Shown: piece by piece, positions 25,706 through 34,605 of the stretch
How positions within the stretch are numbered: position 1 is the stretch's first letter
Layout: every line of letters begins with the position of its first letter
Assembly (NCBI GenBank): GCA_052034935.1
Contig: JBPOIB010000005.1
Span: forward strand, 16,357 to 80,356
Origin: Candidatus Moraniibacteriota bacterium
GTDB taxonomy: Bacteria; Patescibacteriota; Minisyncoccia; Moranbacterales; UBA1568
Reading direction: 5' to 3'
DNA: 64,000 bases
The notes under the pieces: generated by a model
What the model saw: the letters and a program-made list of their open reading frames with translations, nothing else
What the model was told of the DNA's origin: nothing
Databases searched by the model: none
Translations under genes and position numbers: made by a program

Positions 25706-27641
25706 GTGGATCGTGCTCGGAACCGCCGTCCTGGCGGTTCTTTTCTGGCAAGTATTTTCATCGCCAATGAAACCGGAGAGTGAGGTGATTCTCGAGGAAA
25801 AAAAGTTCGCTCCTGAGACGCGTGGCGTACCGCTCCGAACCAATACCTGGTTCTCGAGCCTTTTCTTCCAATTCCCAACCGCTCCGCTCTTTGTCTTCCC
25901 CGGATCATACCAGTTGAATGAGCGCGGCCTCTCGGTCAGCGATTCGAATGCTCTTGGTACGGAAAATACCATCTTCGGGAGCTTTGATCCACTCTGCGAT
26001 ATCGCTGGGCCGTTGCCTCTCACGGGCGTGAAAGTAGAACGGTACGGTGACTGGGATATCGTCGCCCGGGTGATATCGAAAGAGGGAGCAGCCTGGTCAG
26101 CACATTTCATCCAGGGATCGCCGGTCGTCAATATCGGCGACTTCTCAGAACCCCTTTCTTTTTCCTGCAAGCCAGGAATAGAGGTGTCAAACTACCGGAG
26201 CGACACCCTTCTGGCTCGCCAGGGTGACCAGCCGGTATTCCTGGTTCAAGCAGAGAGTCCGATTGCCGAGTCCGGAGGACTCCGTTCAGCTACTGGAAAG
26301 TACCGGATCATCCAGGTACCAAAAGAGACGGCCCAGCCTCTCGATTTTTTCCTCGATCTTCCCTGGGTGACCATACTCGATACGCAGTATGCGACATCGG
26401 ATCGGGATGGCTTCTTGCATACGCAGCTCGTGACCGTGACCGGAGATGACGAGCCTATTCTCATGACACTCTGGCCGCATCATCGTCTCGGCGGTGCCGA
26501 AATTCGGGGTGAACAGTTGGGGAGTTACTCCACGGTCTATGGTCGGCTGGATCTGCAACTCTCGAATCGGATTGATATTGAAACAGCCAAGCCAAAGCTT
26601 GTAACCGGCTTCTCGCCCGTCTCTGGCCAGAAGTCAGTCGAAGAAATACGCTCGGCGGTGAAAGAGGATACTGCTCGCTATCTGTCCGAGACGATACCGG
26701 GCGGAGTTTACTTCCGTGGTACCTGGCTCGGTGGTCTCGCGAGCGTCATCCAGTTGGCTGAAGCCTATGGAATGGACGAAGAGGAGCGAGTATTGCTTGA
26801 TCTTCTGGAGCGCCAGCTTCGGAGTTCACTCGTCGACTTTGCCTATAGCGAAGAAAAAAAGATGTTCATCGCTTCGAAAAATTCCGAATTCGGCAATGAG
26901 AAGGGGAACGACCATCACTTCCACTACGGTTACTACCTGCGCTCAGCCGCGGTTTTGTTCGATGCCCGTCCGGCTGCGGGCGATGACTTGAAAGCGATCC
27001 TCGATGAGATGGCACTCGATATCGCGAATAGCGACCGGTCATCGGAACGCTACCCTTTTCTCCGTCACTTCTCACCGTACGCCGGACACTCGTGGGCGGA
27101 CGGGGAAGCGCTTTTCCAAGATGGGAACAATCAGGAATCATCATCGGAAGCGATGAATGCCTGGTACGGGCTGTATCTCTGGGGGAAATCGACTGACAAT
27201 AGTCGTCTTACGAAGATCGCCACAGGCCTCTATACCAATGAACTCCTCGGCCTCCGGAGCTACTGGTTCGGCGAAGGGAATCCATTTCCGACAGGATTTG
27301 AGCATCCGCTCGTTTCGCTCGTGTGGGGCGGGAAACGCGATTATGCGACCTGGTTCAGTGGGGACCCGATGCATATCCAAGGGATTCAGTGGCTACCCAT
27401 CACGCCGGCATCCGAGTATCTCGGAACGTTGCCGAATCAGCCGGAACGGATGAGGGATCTCGGTCTGGATCCTTCCGCGGCCGCGGACCATGAGTGGGGC
27501 GACCTCTATATCGCGTACCTTTCCTCTTTTGACCCGGTCGAAGCGGCGAAGCATCTCGACACTGCCTCAAAACGCCAAGCAATCAAATCGAAAGCGTTGC
27601 TGTATCATGTCGTCCTGATGAATCTGGAAAACAGGCGGTAG
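25683..27641 (+). CDS. GH81-like endo-beta-1,3-glucanase, membrane-anchored/extracytoplasmic
   Basis: AAGGA RBS; N-terminal TM. ...NDHHFHYGYY... and ...NQESSSEAMNAWYGLYLWG match, from memory, the GH81 catalytic motifs (Asp in DHHxHYGY; ExxxE pair). Confidence 0.5.
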   Translation: MILKNRSKWIVLGTAVLAVLFWQVFSSPMKPESEVILEEKKFAPETRGVPLRTNTWFSSLFFQFPTAPLFVFPGSYQLNERGLSVSDSNALGTENTIFGSFDPLCDIAGPLPLTGVKVERYGDWDIVARVISKEGAAWSAHFIQGSPVVNIGDFSEPLSFSCKPGIEVSNYRSDTLLARQGDQPVFLVQAESPIAESGGLRSATGKYRIIQVPKETAQPLDFFLDLPWVTILDTQYATSDRDGFLHTQLVTVTGDDEPILMTLWPHHRLGGAEIRGEQLGSYSTVYGRLDLQLSNRIDIETAKPKLVTGFSPVSGQKSVEEIRSAVKEDTARYLSETIPGGVYFRGTWLGGLASVIQLAEAYGMDEEERVLLDLLERQLRSSLVDFAYSEEKKMFIASKNSEFGNEKGNDHHFHYGYYLRSAAVLFDARPAAGDDLKAILDEMALDIANSDRSSERYPFLRHFSPYAGHSWADGEALFQDGNNQESSSEAMNAWYGLYLWGKSTDNSRLTKIATGLYTNELLGLRSYWFGEGNPFPTGFEHPLVSLVWGGKRDYATWFSGDPMHIQGIQWLPITPASEYLGTLPNQPERMRDLGLDPSAAADHEWGDLYIAYLSSFDPVEAAKHLDTASKRQAIKSKALLYHVVLMNLENRR

Positions 27642-27664
27642 CGTATCAATCCAGAGTAAGAAAA

Positions 27665-27700
27665 AACGGGCTTCTCAAAAGAGAAGCCCGGCCTTTTTAT
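27665..27700. terminator. bidirectional terminator
   Basis: cgggcttctc-aaaa-gagaagcccg followed by gcctttttat. Confidence 0.8.
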
Positions 27701-28257
27701 CTGACAGAGTCCGCCCGCTCTTCTGGGAAGATCGCTTGAAAATAGTCCAGGATATTCTTCCGGGCTCCGGCTGCTTCGAGCTCAGATCGGGAATGAAAGG
27801 CGAGCAGTCCTTTATTAGCTTCGTATTCTTCCGGGTCGAGATGGGCTGCGGCGGTTTGAATTTCAGGAGCAGTCATCTCGAGGGCATAGACGAAGTTATA
27901 GTCATGCCGTCCATCAGTCTCCGCTGGCTCTTTTCGATATGACCAGACGAAATTGATGATGCCGAGGTATTCGAACCGCTCCGGGGCGACTGAAAGCGTC
28001 GTTTCCTTACTGACTCGTCGGACGAGTGTTTCGACCGGCTGTTCGCCAGCCTTGAGCGCCCCGCCGATAACCCAGATTCCTTCAGCGGGCCTACTTTTCC
28101 GGACGGGGAGATAGACGGCGTGTTCGGTGCGATTATAAAAGACGACATCGGCATTGAGAACGGGCCGCGCCGAAAGCATTTCGGAAAGTGCTTCGCCACT
28201 CATGAATTTTGGATCAATCCGGAAATCAGGATTGTCGCTGTATTGTCCGAAAAGCAT
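27697..28257 (-). CDS. NUDIX hydrolase
   Basis: Nudix box GGALKAGEQPVETLVRRVSKETTL (G-x5-E-x7-R-x-V-x-x-E-T). Confidence 0.7.
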   Translation of the reverse strand: MLFGQYSDNPDFRIDPKFMSGEALSEMLSARPVLNADVVFYNRTEHAVYLPVRKSRPAEGIWVIGGALKAGEQPVETLVRRVSKETTLSVAPERFEYLGIINFVWSYRKEPAETDGRHDYNFVYALEMTAPEIQTAAAHLDPEEYEANKGLLAFHSRSELEAAGARKNILDYFQAIFPEERADSVR

Positions 28258-28335
28258 ACAAGTTGGGATTAAGCGTTTCTAACTGTACTTATTCTATACC
28301 ATGCCCCAGCGGCACCGTCATTAATCTGGAGAATA

Positions 28336-28372
28336 AAAAAAGACCAGGGTCTTCGAGACGCCCTGGTCTTTG
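28336..28372 (-). terminator. Rho-independent terminator (minus strand)
   Basis: gaccaggg-tcttcgagacg-ccctggtc, with a T-run on the minus strand (aaaaaaa on plus at 28336-28342). Confidence 0.6.
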
Positions 28373-28391
28373 GCTGTAAGGGGAGGGACTC

Positions 28392-28568
28392 TTACAAGAG
28401 TCCGACCTGGCCGAAAAAAGTGAGGGTAAGGACTGGCACGAGGGCGAGGAGGAACGCCATAGACGTTTCTTCACTTTGTGACTTTTCAGTCGCGACCTTG
28501 GCACAGTTCTCACACGTTGGGCCGGTGCATGGAGCTTCCATCACGGGCTCGTTTCCCTTTGTCTCCAT
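28392..28568 (-). CDS. unannotated small protein (58 aa): N-terminal Cys cluster plus C-terminal TM helix
   Basis: Hand translation: METKGNEPVMEAPCTGPTCENCAKVATEKSQSEETSMAFLLALVPVLTLTFFGQVGLL. It is below the ORF-track length cutoff. A terminator follows directly downstream. No clear SD. Confidence 0.35.
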   Translation of the reverse strand: METKGNEPVMEAPCTGPTCENCAKVATEKSQSEETSMAFLLALVPVLTLTFFGQVGLL

Positions 28569-28699
28569 AGGAGTGTTTGTTTTTACTGATTATTTATTAA
28601 ACGACCGGTCGAAGAAAAAAGAAAGACGGATGACTCGCGTCACCCGCCTTTTTCGCTTCAACAATACCAGTATACTCTCATTTTTTCGAAAAGTCAACC

Positions 28700-28803
28700 C
28701 CGTTAGAGAGAAACTCGACCCATCTGATAGATGTCGCGAGTCAAAAAGGACGGTAAACCCCTCTCATATTTCTGTTGCGATGTCACGACACTCTCTCTAA
28801 CGG
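28700..28803. repeat. 12-bp perfect inverted repeat (ccgttagagaga ... tctctctaacgg) separated by 80 nt, upstream of ccdA
   Basis: Read directly from the sequence. No T-run follows. Confidence 0.4.
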
Positions 28804-28851
28804 GATCAAGAGCGGCTGCATGATACTATGGAGTAAGTTAACGATTCCTCC

Positions 28852-29598
28852 ATGCTGCTTCTCTTAGTTTTCTCATTTCTCTCGGGGGTGGCGATGATTT
28901 TCGCACCTTGTGTCTGGCCTATCCTGCCGATTATCTTTTCGGCGAGCGTTACTGGTGATCGCCGCCGTCCGTTAGCAGTAATCGCGGGACTCACTCTCGC
29001 CTTTCTCGTTTCGATACTGGGCTTCGTGTATCTTTTCCGTATCTTGCCGTTTAGTTATGACGGACTGCGACTGCTTTCGGTCGCGGTAATTACTTTTTTC
29101 GGCCTCCTCCTGGTCTTCCCGTCTTTGGGGATAAAGATGGAGGTCGTGCTTTCGCGATACGTCAGTCGGCAGGGCAGCGGGCAGACGGGCCGCGGCCGGA
29201 TTTCCGGTTTCGCTACGGGAGTATCACTCGGGTTTCTTTGGTCGCCGTGCATCGGTCCGATTCTGGCAACCGTCGCGAGTGCTGCGGCGACCCGGGCAAT
29301 ATCCTGGGAAATCACTCTGGTCGCTTTTGCTTTTACTTTCGGCCTTGCCTTGCCGCTTCTGCTCATCTCTTGGCTGGGCCAGCGCTTCCTCGGCACAAAT
29401 CGCTTTTTTCGTCCATTTCTACCGGTTCTCCGCCGTGGCTTTGGACTCCTCATGCTTCTCATGGCGCTCGCTATCTATTTTGACTATGACAAGGACCTTC
29501 AGGCAGCGTTCGTCGATGAATATCCGGTCTGCAGCATCAACGACTCTATCCAGGCCAGACCTGATGTGCTTGAGGCCCTGAGAATGATTGGCCGATAG
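28852..29598 (+). CDS. ccdA: CcdA/DsbD-family thiol-disulfide transmembrane electron transporter
   Basis: The two conserved Cys sit in ...FAPCVWPILP... and ...LWSPCIGPILA..., with 6-8 TM helices. Confidence 0.8.
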   Translation: MLLLLVFSFLSGVAMIFAPCVWPILPIIFSASVTGDRRRPLAVIAGLTLAFLVSILGFVYLFRILPFSYDGLRLLSVAVITFFGLLLVFPSLGIKMEVVLSRYVSRQGSGQTGRGRISGFATGVSLGFLWSPCIGPILATVASAAATRAISWEITLVAFAFTFGLALPLLLISWLGQRFLGTNRFFRPFLPVLRRGFGLLMLLMALAIYFDYDKDLQAAFVDEYPVCSINDSIQARPDVLEALRMIGR

Positions 29599-29643
29599 CG
29601 GTGTTGGAACCGGAATCATTTTTTGGTATACTGGTATACAAGT

Positions 29644-30387
29644 ATGTCAAAACAGAAAGCTCCACTCGCCATATCATTTCTCCTCCTCGGGTCAGCGATG
29701 CTCATCCTGGCGGGCTGCTCGTGGAAGAATGAACCGGCCGCGATGGGAGAGAAAACCGAAGAGCTTCCGCTCGACAAACTGAAGCGGGCTGAGACTGATC
29801 AGACCCTGGCCGAAGAATCAAAACAAAAAACCTCGACGAAACCAGTAACCCCCTCAAATACCTCGCCTATGACTGCCAAACAGTATCCTACCGCCCCAGC
29901 CCTTTCGATCGATGCAGCCAAGAAGTATGTCGCGACGCTCCGGACAGAGAAGGGCGACATCGAGATCGAACTTGCGGCGAGCGCGACACCGACAACGGTG
30001 AACAACTTCGTCTTTCTCGCCCGTGAGAAGTTCTATGACGGGGTCATTTTCCATCGGACGATTCCTGGCTTCATGATCCAGGGCGGAGATCCGACCGGAA
30101 CGGGGATGGGCGGCCCGGGCTACCAATTCGCTGATGAAGCTTTTTCCGGGTCTTATGACCGCGGTACGGTTGCGATGGCGAATGCTGGTCCCAATACCAA
30201 TGGCAGTCAGTTTTTCATCATGCACGCTGACTACGCACTACCGAAGAACTACGTGATTTTCGGCAAGGTAACCAAGGGTCTCGAAGCGGTGGATGCAATC
30301 GCGACGGCGCCGACCCAGGCTGGTGGCGAAGGTTCCAAACCGGTTACTCCGGTGAAAATTCTTTCAGTCGATATCCTAGAGCAGTAG
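29644..30387 (+). CDS. cyclophilin-type peptidyl-prolyl cis-trans isomerase, lipoprotein
   Basis: Lipobox LILAGCS; FHRTIPGFMIQGGDP, GTVAMANAGPNTNGSQFFI. Confidence 0.85.
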   Translation: MSKQKAPLAISFLLLGSAMLILAGCSWKNEPAAMGEKTEELPLDKLKRAETDQTLAEESKQKTSTKPVTPSNTSPMTAKQYPTAPALSIDAAKKYVATLRTEKGDIEIELAASATPTTVNNFVFLAREKFYDGVIFHRTIPGFMIQGGDPTGTGMGGPGYQFADEAFSGSYDRGTVAMANAGPNTNGSQFFIMHADYALPKNYVIFGKVTKGLEAVDAIATAPTQAGGEGSKPVTPVKILSVDILEQ

Positions 30388-30490
30388 TTCCAGCGGTTGA
30401 TCCCATTAGAAGCGAGTTTGTGATATTCATGAATCTACCCGGTTCTGTCTGAGAGTGGCAATCGCCCATTTCACACAGCTTCTAACGGGA

Positions 30491-30519
30491 TTGACGGAGG
30501 ACCCTTTTCGGGCTATACT
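30491..30519 (+). promoter_or_regulatory. sigma-70-like promoter TTGACG-17-TATACT upstream of typA
   Basis: Canonical hexamers and spacing. Confidence 0.5.
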
Positions 30520-30533
30520 GTGAATGCTTAAAT

Positions 30534-30555
30534 AAAGGCGGCAACGCCTTTTTTC
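30534..30555 (+). promoter_or_regulatory. terminator-like hairpin (aaaggcg-gcaa-cgccttttttc) in the typA 5' leader
   Basis: GC stem plus U-run, about 10 nt after the predicted TSS and about 30 nt before the ATG. Confidence 0.45.
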
Positions 30556-30583
30556 GATACTTTTAACGCTTTTGAATACCACT

Positions 30584-32371
30584 ATGGAGACACGTAACGT
30601 TGCCATTATCGCGCACGTCGACCACGGCAAGACGACTTTGACCGATGCCCTCATGCGTCAGACCGGCGTCGCGATGGCTGAAGGTGCTTCGATGGACTCG
30701 AACGCGCTTGAGCGTGAGCGGGGGATTACCATCTACGCCAAGAACTGCTCGCTTTTCTATAAAGAGACCAAGATCAATATCGTCGACACGCCCGGCCACG
30801 CTGACTTCGGTTCGGAAGTGGAGCGCGTACTGCGTTCCATCGATGATGTCATTCTTGTTGTGGACGCCCAAGAGGGACCGATGCCGCAGACGCGTTTCGT
30901 CCTGAAGAAGTCGCTCGAGCTCGGGCTGCGGCCGATCGTCGTCATCAACAAGATCGATAAGCCGGCAGCCCGACCGGACGAAGTGAAAGAAATGGTCTAT
31001 GAGCTCTTCCTCGACCTCGGAGCCGATGATCATCAGCTCGATTTCCCCGTCGTTTATGCGATTGCCCGCGAGGCGGTCGCTATGAAGGAGCTCACTGATC
31101 CGCGGACCGACCTCTCTCCGCTTCTCGATACCATTCTCGAGCGCGTCATTCCGGCCGAGCACGATGTCGACAAACCGCTGCGTGCCCAGCCGTTCAATCT
31201 CGGCTATGACAACTTCGTCGGCCGTTTGGCCATCGCCCGTGTCTACGATGGCCGGCTCGCGGTCAATGATCAGGTCATGCTCCGGAACGTGAACGGCAAG
31301 GAGTCGAGCGGCCGCATCGTGAAGCTTTTCACCTTCCGCGGTATGGAACGTGTCGAGAGCCAGTCTGTCGAAGCTGGTGACATTGTCATGATCGCCGGTC
31401 TTCCGGACGTAGAAATCGGCGATACGATCACGACCGATGCCAATGCTGTGCTCCTGCCGGCAATCGCGATCGATGAGCCGACCATCTCCCTCGACTTCAT
31501 GGTGAATGATAGTCCGTTCGCTGGACGGGAGGGAAAGTTCGTCACCAACAAGCAGATCCGTGAACGGCTGGAAAAAGAGCTCGAAATCAATGTCGGTCTC
31601 AAAATCGAATTCGCTGACGATCACTACAAGGTCTACGGCCGTGGTGAGCTCCATATCTCGATTCTCCTTGAGAACATGCGCCGTGAAGGCTATGAGGTCC
31701 AGGTCTCGCAGCCGCAGGTCATTATCAAGGATGTCGACGGTGTGAAGTCGGAACCGTTCGAGGAGGTGACTGTGGAGTGTCCGATGGAGGTGACTGGGCC
31801 GGTCATCGAGAAGATGGGCAAACGAAAAGGCATCATGATGGATATGCGCGAAGGTTCCGGCGGTTACCAGCGTCTCCTCTTCGAAATCCCGACCCGGGGG
31901 CTGCTCGGCTATCGCGGCGAGTTCATGGTGGACACCCGCGGCGAAGGGACACTCTATACTCGCGTCCTCGGCTTCCGTCCGTATGCCGGCGAGATCGATC
32001 ACAAGGATGTCGGCGCGATGATTTCGATGGAGACAGGCAAGGCAGCCGCTTTCTCTCTCGACAATCTTCAGACGCGCGGCACGCTCTATATTGGCCACGC
32101 AGCTGAGGTCTATGAGGGGATGGTTATCGGTAATGCCACCAAGGGCGAAGATATGACGGTGAACCCGACCAAGGGAAAAGCGATGAGTAACATGCGCTCG
32201 TCGGGGGCAGATGAAGCGATCAAACTGACGCCGCCATGGGAGCTCAATATCGAGCGTGGACTCGAAGTGATGAATGCGGATGAATATCTGGAGATCACCC
32301 CGCTTTCGGTCCGGCTCCGCAAACAGTTCCTGAAGGAAACGGATCGTATCCGTGCGACCCGCAAGAAGTAA
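30584..32371 (+). CDS. typA: translational GTPase TypA/BipA
   Basis: [26 protein letters not shown]; a full EF-G-like domain set without the EF-G insertion. Confidence 0.9.
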   Translation: METRNVAIIAHVDHGKTTLTDALMRQTGVAMAEGASMDSNALERERGITIYAKNCSLFYKETKINIVDTPGHADFGSEVERVLRSIDDVILVVDAQEGPMPQTRFVLKKSLELGLRPIVVINKIDKPAARPDEVKEMVYELFLDLGADDHQLDFPVVYAIAREAVAMKELTDPRTDLSPLLDTILERVIPAEHDVDKPLRAQPFNLGYDNFVGRLAIARVYDGRLAVNDQVMLRNVNGKESSGRIVKLFTFRGMERVESQSVEAGDIVMIAGLPDVEIGDTITTDANAVLLPAIAIDEPTISLDFMVNDSPFAGREGKFVTNKQIRERLEKELEINVGLKIEFADDHYKVYGRGELHISILLENMRREGYEVQVSQPQVIIKDVDGVKSEPFEEVTVECPMEVTGPVIEKMGKRKGIMMDMREGSGGYQRLLFEIPTRGLLGYRGEFMVDTRGEGTLYTRVLGFRPYAGEIDHKDVGAMISMETGKAAAFSLDNLQTRGTLYIGHAAEVYEGMVIGNATKGEDMTVNPTKGKAMSNMRSSGADEAIKLTPPWELNIERGLEVMNADEYLEITPLSVRLRKQFLKETDRIRATRKK

Positions 32372-32387
32372 AGAACAAAATACGATT

Positions 32388-32424
32388 GAAAGGAGGGCCT
32401 CGTCTGGGGCCTTCTTTCTTTTTC
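32388..32424 (+). terminator. imperfect hairpin plus T-run after typA
   Basis: gaaaggagggcc...ggccttctttc followed by tttttcc. Confidence 0.4.
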
Positions 32425-32439
32425 CGCTACAATAGAATC

Positions 32440-33018
32440 ATGTTTATTGAGTGGTGTATTCAATTCGGGCCGATTACGGCTTTTTTCGCTGTCTTCGAGG
32501 CCTCAGGGCAGAACTTCTTCGCTGCGACAGCTGTCCTCATGGCAGCCGTTGCCTTGGCGACGGCCTACAGCTGGTTCCGTTCGCGTCAGATCGCCTGGTT
32601 TCCGCTCTGGAGCGCCGCCTTCATCCTCTCTTTCGGAGGAGCAACACTCTACTTCAGCGATCCAGCATGGCTCATCCTCAAAGACACGATTTATGACGGT
32701 CTCTTCGGCGTCGCAATTCTGATCGGTCTCGCTTTCCGGAAGAATCTGATGCGGAAATTCTTCATGCCACTTTTTGCAATCACTGATCGGGGCTGGCATA
32801 TCTTGGCAGTCCGTTGGGCTCTTTTCTTCATTCTCTCGGCCATCCTAAACGAAGCGGTGCGTCATGCGACGACTCCGGAAAACTGGGTGTACTACAAGAT
32901 TATCAGTACGGTCGTTCTCATTACCTTCGGTCTCTATCAGCTCCGGCTCACTGGCCGGGAACGCATTGATAAGGAGGCGAATCATCTCGGCCTTCGGCGT
33001 AACCACCTACAATCATAA
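32440..33018 (+). CDS. YciB/IspZ-like inner-membrane protein (septation-associated family)
   Basis: 5 TM; the N-terminus MFIEWCIQFGPITAFFAVFEASG resembles the YciB family. Confidence 0.5.
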   Translation: MFIEWCIQFGPITAFFAVFEASGQNFFAATAVLMAAVALATAYSWFRSRQIAWFPLWSAAFILSFGGATLYFSDPAWLILKDTIYDGLFGVAILIGLAFRKNLMRKFFMPLFAITDRGWHILAVRWALFFILSAILNEAVRHATTPENWVYYKIISTVVLITFGLYQLRLTGRERIDKEANHLGLRRNHLQS

Positions 33019-33035
33019 TCTTTAGCGCTCCGCCT

Positions 33036-33839
33036 ATGAATTTTGTTGATATCGCTTCGTTCGCGGCCATCGTCCTTGGTCTCTACCTCATTATTGTCAT
33101 GGTGATCGCTCTCCTGAAGGAGAACAATGGCATCATGGATATCGCCTACGGCGGCGGATTCGTACTGATTGTCTGGAGTGTCGCTCTCCTCTTTCCAGAG
33201 TGGACGGAGCGGAAAATCATTCTCACGGCATGCATTACACTGTGGGGGCTCCGTCTCATGACGCGGATTTTTCTGAAGAACTGGAAAAAACCAGAAGACT
33301 TCCGTTATCACACCTGGCGCGAGGAATGGGCGAAAAGAGGGATGCTTTACTTCTTTCTGCGATCGCTTGGTCAGATCTATGCGCTCCAAGGAATCATCGT
33401 CCTTATTGTTTCGCTGCCGGTGCTCATTACGTTTTCTTCCAGCGGTGGGCTAGCCCCCTTCGCTTGGTATAACTGGCTCGGTCTTTTACTCTGGTGTGTC
33501 GGATTTTTCTTCGAAGGAGTGGGTGACTGGCAACTGGACCGCTTCATCCGGAACCCAGAGAACAAGGGTCAGATTATGACAAGTGGACTCTGGAAATATA
33601 CACGCCATCCGAACTATTTTGGCGAAGCGACGATGTGGTGGGGACTCTTTTTCGTTGTTTTCGGACTGCCGTATGCGGCCCTCGCGGTAGCGAGCCCACT
33701 CCTCATCACATTCCTTTTGACAAAAGTCTCTGGTATTCCGATGCTCGAAAAGCATTGGGCGGGACGTCCGGACTGGGAGGCGTATAAAGCGAAAACGAGC
33801 GCGTTTATTCCTTGGCTGCCGAAGAAAGAGGTTGTCTAA
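33036..33839 (+). CDS. DUF1295 / steroid-5-alpha-reductase (ICMT/PEMT-superfamily) membrane protein
   Basis: GLWKYTRHPNYFGE is the hallmark motif. Confidence 0.7.
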   Translation: MNFVDIASFAAIVLGLYLIIVMVIALLKENNGIMDIAYGGGFVLIVWSVALLFPEWTERKIILTACITLWGLRLMTRIFLKNWKKPEDFRYHTWREEWAKRGMLYFFLRSLGQIYALQGIIVLIVSLPVLITFSSSGGLAPFAWYNWLGLLLWCVGFFFEGVGDWQLDRFIRNPENKGQIMTSGLWKYTRHPNYFGEATMWWGLFFVVFGLPYAALAVASPLLITFLLTKVSGIPMLEKHWAGRPDWEAYKAKTSAFIPWLPKKEVV

Positions 33840-33913
33840 ATTTGGTATAGAAATGAAGACCGCCGAGAGCTCGTTAAAGCTTTCGGCGGTTCGTTGTCTC
33901 TGCAGGGCTAGTG

Positions 33914-34432
33914 CTACCTGGTGCGGGAGCAGTGAAGCAGTGGTCCCCAGGGATGTCGCTTTGCCGCTGCCCAATCGACGGTCTTTATCCGTTCATCGAC
34001 CTCGGCGCGCATGGCGTTGTAGGTCGGGACGATGCTCGTCGCATCGGTGTACCACCAGAGGAGAGCCTCGAGGTTTTTCAGGTTGTAGTCGGCTGCAACG
34101 ATGCAACCATCATCGATCAGGCCGCGGATATTGGCCGCCTCCTTTCTGGCGGTGATCACGCTCAAATACTTGAGTTTGGCGCGATGGACCGGGCCGAGAT
34201 CATTCGGAGTGATGCTCGCGCGGCAGATGGTCCCATGGGCGAGATGAGCCGCCTGCTCATCGTCACGCTTTTCGAAAGCCCGATCGATGTACTCCTTCAG
34301 GGCGGGAATGCTCATGTCATGGGGTTCAGGCTTGGCGATGAGATCCCAGCGGCAGGTGTAAGCTCTTGCCTCTTGGTTGAGGCCAAAGAGTGCCAAAAAC
34401 ACCAGAATGAAGAAAAGAGAGCGTCGATACAT
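33914..34432 (-). CDS. secreted hypothetical protein
   Basis: Signal peptide MYRRSLFFILVFLALFGLNQEARA. No known motif. Confidence 0.45.
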   Translation of the reverse strand: MYRRSLFFILVFLALFGLNQEARAYTCRWDLIAKPEPHDMSIPALKEYIDRAFEKRDDEQAAHLAHGTICRASITPNDLGPVHRAKLKYLSVITARKEAANIRGLIDDGCIVAADYNLKNLEALLWWYTDATSIVPTYNAMRAEVDERIKTVDWAAAKRHPWGPLLHCSRTR

Positions 34433-34544
34433 GCTTTCTCCTACAGTAAGGGTAGTGCTAGTGATTTTAAAAAACTATCGATTGAATATTATAGCAAATT
34501 TCTATACTAAAGTCAATGATAGAAAAAGGGTAACCTAAAGCCAA

Positions 34545-34572
34545 AAAAAGCCTCATTTTGAGGCTTTTTTGA
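34545..34572. terminator. bidirectional terminator
   Basis: aaaaaagcctca-tttt-gaggctttttt. Confidence 0.8.
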
Positions 34573-34605
34573 TACTCTCGGACCTATGGAAAATCTTAGA
34601 TGAGC

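Noticed and set aside
28420-28800. 126-aa GTG-initiated plus-strand ORF
   Set aside because: It runs through the small CxxC gene, the intergenic inverted repeat and the ccdA promoter region. It is low-complexity. I preferred the 58-aa minus-strand ORF, which has its own terminator.
30563-32098. 511-aa minus-strand ORF
   Set aside because: It is antisense to typA, a common long antisense ORF artefact in GC-rich coding sequence.
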